A stretch of DNA of 11,883 nt, taken from positions 1 to 11,883 of the forward strand of contig JAEOTS010000091.1 in assembly GCA_016839745.1 (NCBI GenBank), in the 5' to 3' direction. Source of the stretch: Promethearchaeota archaeon (GTDB lineage Archaea > Asgardarchaeota > Lokiarchaeia > Sigyniarchaeales > SOKP01). This document shows positions 6,428 to 11,883 of the stretch, in pieces. Position 1 is the stretch's first letter. The number at the start of each line of letters is the position of its first letter. The notes under the pieces were generated by a model. That model saw nothing but the letters and a program-made list of their open reading frames with translations. It made no database searches and was not told where the DNA came from. The position numbers were made by a program, and so were the translations under genes.

Positions 6428-7840
6428 ATGGAATTTGAAGAAATACAAGAAAAAATGAAGATTATAAGGGAAAGCCCAATCAAACTAATTCCAGACGAAA
6501 AAATGGCCAAAATACGCAAAAATATGGCAGAAAAATGTCCGATTACTAAAAAAATGGATGAGGAAATGAGAAAACATGTTGCGGGGGGAACGGAACATCA
6601 ATTGACAATTAAAGATCCCTTCGTACTTACCATCAAGCGTTCTTCTGGGACTCGAATGTGGGATATGGACAATAATGAATACATTGACTGGTTGATGAGT
6701 TCGGGAGCATGTATATTAGGTCATAACTTTCCCCCCTTAAAAGAGGAGATAATCAAAGTTTACCATGACTTAGACCCTAACATCTATTATAACAACGAAT
6801 GGGAAATCAAATCGATTGAGATGATAAAAAAACATGTGCCATCCATAGAATTAATGCAGTATTTTCAGTCGGGTACCGAAGCTGATATGGCAGCTATCCG
6901 GATAGCAAGAGCTTTCACAGAAAAGGAGAAAATAATTAAATTTGCGGGTTCATATCATGGTTGGTGTGGACAATTATGTGTAGATATGCATGTACCATTT
7001 TCAGGTGCCATGGAAGCACATGGTATTCCTAGTGGAGTATATAAAAATACTATCGTTGTTCCACTGAATGATGTTAAATTGCTAGAAGAATCTTTAAAGA
7101 AATGGACGGAGAAAAGGAGTGGAGTCGCAGCCGTGTTAGTCGATCCTCTAGGAAGTGATGCCGGGGGAATAGCTACTAAAAAGGATTGGCTCAAATCCAT
7201 ACGAGAGTTATGCGATAAATACAATGTTCTGTTAATTTTTGACGAAGTAATCACCGGATTTAGGTTAGGTATGGGTGGAGCCCAAAAGTACTTCAATATA
7301 AAACCTGATTTATCCGTTTTTGGGAAACTACTTACTCACGGATTTCCGAGTTCTGGAGCAGTTGGTGGTCGGAAAGACGTTATGAACAATATAACCATAG
7401 ATGTGGAACCAGGTGGAAATAACGCTTTTGTAGGAGGAACGCTTAGAGGTAATCCTTTAACCGCTGCGGCAACTTATTGGACGTTAAAACTTATGGAGGA
7501 ACATAAGGCTCACAAGAAGGCTAAAGAATCTGCGGAAGATCTTGTTAAAAAATTGAATCAAATCTTTGAAAATGACGGAAGACCATATTTTGCTCACAAT
7601 ATCGAATCTATAGTTCATTTTGAAACATTTTCTCCTCTAGCTTTGGATCTTTCAGACCTAAACAATATTGAAATTATGCTGAAACGAAATGAAGCGGTCA
7701 ATCGTATAGCAACTGCTTTACTTGCTCAAGGAATTATTACAAAATATGGCAATCGAGGCTTTACCTGTATGCAACACACTATAGAGGATAATGATAGATT
7801 TATCGAAGCTTTTGAAAATGTTTTACAAATGATTCCGTAA
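6428..7840 (+). CDS. Class III PLP-dependent aminotransferase, glutamate-1-semialdehyde aminomutase-like (probably not HemL)
   Basis: Motifs WDMDNNEYID, SGTEA, IIKFAGSYHG, LIFDEVITGFR, PDLSVFGK (PLP lysine) and GGT..GNP. Start moved from GTG 6419 to ATG 6428 because of the GTGA SD-like motif. Confidence 0.88.
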   Translation: MEFEEIQEKMKIIRESPIKLIPDEKMAKIRKNMAEKCPITKKMDEEMRKHVAGGTEHQLTIKDPFVLTIKRSSGTRMWDMDNNEYIDWLMSSGACILGHNFPPLKEEIIKVYHDLDPNIYYNNEWEIKSIEMIKKHVPSIELMQYFQSGTEADMAAIRIARAFTEKEKIIKFAGSYHGWCGQLCVDMHVPFSGAMEAHGIPSGVYKNTIVVPLNDVKLLEESLKKWTEKRSGVAAVLVDPLGSDAGGIATKKDWLKSIRELCDKYNVLLIFDEVITGFRLGMGGAQKYFNIKPDLSVFGKLLTHGFPSSGAVGGRKDVMNNITIDVEPGGNNAFVGGTLRGNPLTAAATYWTLKLMEEHKAHKKAKESAEDLVKKLNQIFENDGRPYFAHNIESIVHFETFSPLALDLSDLNNIEIMLKRNEAVNRIATALLAQGIITKYGNRGFTCMQHTIEDNDRFIEAFENVLQMIP

Positions 7841-7961
7841 TAAAAACTCAATTAATTGCTAATAAAAGAAATCAATAAATAAAATTCAATTAGTTTAACC
7901 CTCAATTATATTTACTTTAAATAAGTACTTTTTATTAAAACCCAATTGATATAATACATAT

Positions 7962-8627
7962 ATGACTCATTCAAAACCATTGGTGCAGGTTGCTTTAGAT
8001 CTTCTTAATATTGACGAAGCACTCAAACTGGCTTCAAATGTAGCTCAATATGTCGATATTATAGAGGCTGGAACTCCATTAATTAAATCTGAGGGAATAC
8101 GAGTAGTTCGAGAATTAAAGAAAGCTCACCCTGATAAGTTAATTTGCGCTGATTTGAAAATTGCAGATGCAGGATATCTTGAAGTGAAAATGGCGGCTAT
8201 ATCAGGGGCTGACATCGTTTCTGTACTAGCAGATGCTTATAATATCACAATACTAGAGACGTTAAGAGCAGCTGAAGAATTTCAAGTTGAAATTATAGCA
8301 GATCTTATCATGTCCAGAAGACCTGCTAAACGTTTAGCAGAAATTGTTAATCTTAAGTATAATAACACAAAACTGCATTATTGCTTGGTGCATAGTGGCT
8401 TAGATCGACAAGAGTCACGCCATAATCCTCTAACTGAATTGGAATCTGTAGTGAATATACAGCCCCGTCCTCATTTGGCAATAGCAGGGGGTATTACAAA
8501 ATCCGATATCCCTAATCTAAAACCTTATCCCCTTGATATCATTATAATCGGTGGAGCAATTACTCATGCTGAAAATCCAAAAAAAGTGGCGGAAGAAATC
8601 CGAAAATTAGTTGATTTAACTTTTTAA
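7962..8627 (+). CDS. hxlA: 3-hexulose-6-phosphate synthase (OMPDC/HUMPS superfamily)
   Basis: HPS-typical motifs VQVALD, IIEAGTPLIKSEG, ADLKIADAG (DxKxxD), GAD, VHSGLD.Q, AIAGGI and IIGGAIT. Confidence 0.8.
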   Translation: MTHSKPLVQVALDLLNIDEALKLASNVAQYVDIIEAGTPLIKSEGIRVVRELKKAHPDKLICADLKIADAGYLEVKMAAISGADIVSVLADAYNITILETLRAAEEFQVEIIADLIMSRRPAKRLAEIVNLKYNNTKLHYCLVHSGLDRQESRHNPLTELESVVNIQPRPHLAIAGGITKSDIPNLKPYPLDIIIIGGAITHAENPKKVAEEIRKLVDLTF

Positions 8628-8665
8628 TAGATTTTTGTAATATTATTTTAATTTATAGTGAGAAA

Positions 8666-8944
8666 TCAATCGGTATCTTCTATAATAACTGCAATTCCCT
8701 CCCCAACCATATCCATACCTTTATATCCATATCGTACTTCTGTGATCGCATTAGCCCCTAACTTATGAGCAATTTTCCTCAATTTGACAGGAGCCTGTTC
8801 CCATCTAAATTTTGCAAGTTTCATAATATCATGTTCTCCGGCATTAACTTTGGTTTTCACTTTTCCTAATGATTTAATAATCTTTTTTCCTGGAATATCA
8901 TCCGTCTCAACAATTATAATATCTTCCCAAGCTTTTTTCCCCAT
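8666..8944 (-). CDS. YbjQ/UPF0145-like (putative heavy-metal-binding) protein
   Basis: IIIVETDDIPGKKIIKSLG.V ... LRKIAHKLGANAITEVRY ... VGEGIAVII match the YbjQ pattern. The start is placed at the internal ATG 8944, because the upstream 21 codons look like intergenic sequence. Confidence 0.8.
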   Translation of the reverse strand: MGKKAWEDIIIVETDDIPGKKIIKSLGKVKTKVNAGEHDIMKLAKFRWEQAPVKLRKIAHKLGANAITEVRYGYKGMDMVGEGIAVIIEDTD

Positions 8945-9153
8945 ATTATTAACCTTTAAAAATTGGATTTTCAAGTTGAATGCTATTGATAATATTTTAA
9001 GAAGCAAGAGTTTTTATACATTTTTATCAAAAAGCTACAATCACTGCCTATTTTAAAATTTCAGCTTTTAATAATGAGTAGACTTTAAATAAGGATGTAG
9101 AATTGAAATAATTACCCAAGTAGACATTTAAAAATTTTAAAATTGCTACATCA

Positions 9154-9840
9154 ATGCGTAATCTGAGGAAAAATCTTATCAAAAAATTTATTCGAGAGAA
9201 AGGAGGGTATTTTGGAATTGTTGGAGCAACATCGATTACAATTTCAACCTTAATCTCGTTTTATTTGTATTCTTTAGTAAATCCTGATTTAAATATAATT
9301 TCGTATGCTGTAAGTGATTTAGGAACAGGACCAGGATTATCGGGCTTAATTTATAGCATCGGGTTGTTAATTGCAAGCTTTTCTCAAATCCCCCTCTATA
9401 TCTCATTAATTAATTATCTTCGCAAAAAAATGGGTAATGTTTTTCTGATCAGATTAGTCGTCCTAAGTTCATTATTTTCTATATTTAGTCATAATTTCCT
9501 AAGTTTAGTTCCCTTTTACAGGACTATTTTACTTTTATATTATACTCATGGTATCGCGGCGGCTACTCATTATATAGCGGGATCAGTTTCTTTAATTTTG
9601 TACGGATTTATTGAGCTTTCTCATGTAAAGGTTTCCAAAATTTTGGTCATTTTATCATTTATAACTGGTGCGTTATATGCTACACTTTGGATAGGATACT
9701 TACTCGATTTTTTAGTCGGAATACCAGAAGAGTTGATCAACCATACTATACAATGGGTTGCGCTCGTCGGGATCATCTTATGGTCACTATTTCACGGGAT
9801 TTTTTTAATCAAAGCTAAGAAACAAGAACAAGGCGTATAA
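9154..9840 (+). CDS. Multi-pass membrane protein, DUF998-like
   Basis: About 6 hydrophobic segments, a 'YAVSDLG' motif after TM1 and a His in 'YTHGIAA', as seen in DUF998/Frag1-DRAM-like proteins. Confidence 0.65.
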   Translation: MRNLRKNLIKKFIREKGGYFGIVGATSITISTLISFYLYSLVNPDLNIISYAVSDLGTGPGLSGLIYSIGLLIASFSQIPLYISLINYLRKKMGNVFLIRLVVLSSLFSIFSHNFLSLVPFYRTILLLYYTHGIAAATHYIAGSVSLILYGFIELSHVKVSKILVILSFITGALYATLWIGYLLDFLVGIPEELINHTIQWVALVGIILWSLFHGIFLIKAKKQEQGV

Positions 9841-9871
9841 AAAACGATTACTTCAAGGATACTTCATACAA

Positions 9872-10030
9872 CTAAGGTTTGTTGAAAACATCAAACCGAG
9901 AATAATGTCCACTGATATCTAAATTATGATGTTCTTGGATTGATAATAATGGGTTTATATCTGTATAGAGTATCCCTTCCTCTTCTATTGGTGGTCCAGC
10001 AACAATTTTTCCGGTTGGATCAACAATCAT
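9872..10030 (-). pseudogene. C-terminal relic of a nitrilase (carbon-nitrogen hydrolase family)
   Basis: Manual translation gives MIVDPTGKIVAGPPIEEEGILYTDINPLLSIQEHHNLDISGHYSRFDVFNKP* (52 aa). This matches the nitrilase C-terminal consensus S.I.dP.G..lAgP....EGilyAdid........fD..GHYsRpDvf. The catalytic Glu-Lys-Cys region is absent. Confidence 0.8.
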
Positions 10031-10056
10031 TGAATTGAAATGGAAGGAAAAAACGA

Positions 10057-10473
10057 CTATTTTAATAATTTTTGTTTCATTTTATCAGAGATACTTGCTC
10101 TCTTTTGGTTTTCATAATCATACCAGACTAGGTGAGCCTCTCCTTCAGCGACTACTCTGTTTTGCTTTTTACTTACTATAGAATGGTTAATTATAATTTT
10201 CGATCCCTCTATAGCTTCTATTTTTGCTCCTACATAAATTGCATCTGGATATGTCAAAGGAGCTTTATAATTACAGCTTTGAAAGGATAATATTGGACCT
10301 ACGCTAACCTGTGTGGGTTCTTCGTATAAATGCAATGCTCTAAATAACGCGATCCGCGAACTTTCAAAATATCTAAGATATATTGTATTATTCACATGCC
10401 CACGGGCATCCATATCCCCCCATCGAATAGGCATCTCTTCTACAACGGGATAATCATTTAAAAAGTCGTTCAT
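10057..10473 (-). CDS. Acyl-CoA thioesterase, hotdog fold (4HBT/YbgC/FadM family)
   Basis: Signature RWGDMDARGHVNNTIYLRYFESSR, plus YKAPLTYPD and VAEGEA.LVWYD. Confidence 0.93.
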   Translation of the reverse strand: MNDFLNDYPVVEEMPIRWGDMDARGHVNNTIYLRYFESSRIALFRALHLYEEPTQVSVGPILSFQSCNYKAPLTYPDAIYVGAKIEAIEGSKIIINHSIVSKKQNRVVAEGEAHLVWYDYENQKRASISDKMKQKLLK

Positions 10474-10482
10474 AGTTAATTC

Positions 10483-10500
10483 TCTAATTATGTAATTAGA
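10483..10500. promoter_or_regulatory. Perfect 8-2-8 palindrome, candidate operator
   Basis: TCTAATTA-TG-TAATTAGA, located about 10 nt upstream of the thioesterase ATG in a divergent intergenic region. Confidence 0.45.
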
Positions 10501-10629
10501 TTTAATAATGGAATATATTCTATTTATTTTTAAAATGATTCTTTTTTTAAGAGATTTCGAAAATAGATTCCTTGTAAATTTAATAGGATTAAATGTTTTT
10601 ATTTATTAACTCTAATACTAGTGATTTGT

Positions 10630-11769
10630 ATGAAGCTAAATACATTATTCAGTCCAGAAAAAATTGGAAATGTTCAAATTAAAAACCGAATAGTTCGATC
10701 AGCGACTTATACTCGAAAAGCAGAAAAATATGGAATAGTGGGCAATACATTAATTGAATTTTATGATGAATTAGCTCAAGGTGGAACAGGTTTAATAATT
10801 TCGGAGTTTATAGGCGTTGATCCAAGTGGAACAGCGAGCGCATATCAACTTCGCTTAGATAATGATTCTTTTATTCCGGGTCAAAGAAAATTGGTTGAGG
10901 CTGTTCATAATTATCCCGAAGTTAAAATAGCGGCTCAAATTGCTCATACTGGACGTCAGGGGGCTCATCCTAAATATCCTCCCGTTGCTCCTTCTCCAAT
11001 ACCTGATAAAAATACTGGTTTAACACCCAGAGAATTAACAAAACCTGAAATTGAAGATCTAATACAAAAATTTGTTGCAACAGGAAGAAGAGCTTATGAA
11101 AGCGGATATGATATGGTTCAATTACACGCAGCACATGGTTATTTTTTAAGTAATTTTATTTCACCTTACACAAATAGGCGATCTGATAATTATGGTGGAA
11201 CCAATGAGAACATGGCAAGAATACTAACCGAAATCTATGATGGTATTAAAGATGAAGTTGGAAAGAAATTTCCTGTAATAATTAAATTACAAACACAAGA
11301 TTTTGTAATTGGAGGATTAGAACCGCAACAAGGTTTAGAAATTGCAAAAATCCTAGTGGATAAAGGTTTCGAAGCAATTGAACCGAGCGGAGGAATAGGA
11401 GAAACTCAAATTGGAACAAAGAACGCATATCCAAGTAGACAGATTAAATCACCAGAAGAAGAAAATTACGTCCTACCAATTGTTAAAGAATTAAAACCTT
11501 CTATGAAAAATTGCAAAATGATTCTAATGGGTGGAATTAAAAACCCTATTTCTGCTGAAAAATTCCTTAAAGAAGGGGTAACAGATTTTATCTCTTTGAG
11601 TAGACCCTTAATATATGAACCGAATCTTCCGAATCGATGGATGACTGGTGATTTAAAACCTGCTGAATGTAGGAGTTGCAACTCTTGTTATGTAACTGTA
11701 TTTACAGGCCCAGTTTATTGCGTTGTTAGAAGAAGGTTAGAGAAAAGAGAACAGAGAAAAATGAAGTAA
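10630..11769 (+). CDS. NADH:flavin oxidoreductase (Old Yellow Enzyme family) with C-terminal Cys cluster
   Basis: Motifs LFSP.KIGNVQIKNRIVRSAT, AQGGTGLIISE, QIAHTGRQ, VQLHAAHGY (HxxHxY), SPYTNRRSDNYGG and SRPLIYEP, then CRSCNSC-x10-C. Start moved from GTG 10621 to ATG 10630. Confidence 0.93.
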   Translation: MKLNTLFSPEKIGNVQIKNRIVRSATYTRKAEKYGIVGNTLIEFYDELAQGGTGLIISEFIGVDPSGTASAYQLRLDNDSFIPGQRKLVEAVHNYPEVKIAAQIAHTGRQGAHPKYPPVAPSPIPDKNTGLTPRELTKPEIEDLIQKFVATGRRAYESGYDMVQLHAAHGYFLSNFISPYTNRRSDNYGGTNENMARILTEIYDGIKDEVGKKFPVIIKLQTQDFVIGGLEPQQGLEIAKILVDKGFEAIEPSGGIGETQIGTKNAYPSRQIKSPEEENYVLPIVKELKPSMKNCKMILMGGIKNPISAEKFLKEGVTDFISLSRPLIYEPNLPNRWMTGDLKPAECRSCNSCYVTVFTGPVYCVVRRRLEKREQRKMK

Positions 11770-11883
11770 TTTGAGCTCTCGTTTGAAATGTGATAGATAT
11801 CCTTTCTTATAATAAAAATTCTACTTGAAACTTGTTTTTCAATTGTCTTAAAAAGAACCCTTAACATTAATTAAGAAAAAAAT

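Noticed and set aside
6955-7296. 113-aa minus-strand ORF
   Set aside because: Antisense shadow of the aminotransferase gene.
6428-7840. Calling the aminotransferase hemL
   Set aside because: The HemL-specific N-terminal motif is missing and there are no tetrapyrrole biosynthesis genes nearby.
8784-9056. 90-aa plus-strand ORF
   Set aside because: Antisense to the YbjQ-like gene and runs into promoter DNA, with no family signal.
9094-9109. GTAGAATTGAAAT (and GAATTGAAAT near 10032) resembling the 3' end of archaeal CRISPR repeats
   Set aside because: No ~30-nt repeat recurs with spacer periodicity and no cas genes are present. The similarity is limited to a short AT-rich word.
10030-10085. 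Programmed -1 frameshift fusing the thioesterase to the nitrilase tail
   Set aside because: The -1 frame is open for a few codons across the stop, but there is no canonical X XXY YYZ slippery heptamer or stimulatory structure, and the fusion lacks a functional rationale.
11466-11681. 71-aa minus-strand ORF
   Set aside because: Antisense shadow of the OYE gene.

Overview
AT-rich, gene-dense window that is almost certainly archaeal, since it encodes Alba and shows TATA/BRE-like elements and GTGA-type Shine-Dalgarno motifs. The mix of Alba with many bacterial-type acyl-CoA and flavin enzymes suggests an Asgard (Lokiarchaeia-like) genome, which is inference only. There are 13 apparently intact genes: ATC-hydrolase-family protein, 2x[4Fe-4S] ferredoxin, Alba, crotonase-family enzyme, a 705-aa N6-adenine DNA methyltransferase fused to a single HsdS-type TRD, YpeA-like GNAT, nitronate monooxygenase/FabK-like flavoenzyme, GSA-like class III aminotransferase, 3-hexulose-6-phosphate synthase, YbjQ-like protein, DUF998-like membrane protein, hotdog thioesterase and an OYE-family flavin oxidoreductase. 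A 52-codon nitrilase C-terminal relic is also present and is missing from the ORF track. The best candidate for an undescribed system is the nuclease-less MTase-TRD fusion, which has a PIP-box-like N-terminus, abuts a GNAT gene and lies near alba. Several palindromes, repeats and a structured alba upstream region are also visible. I recognised no rRNA, tRNA, CRISPR array or transposase.
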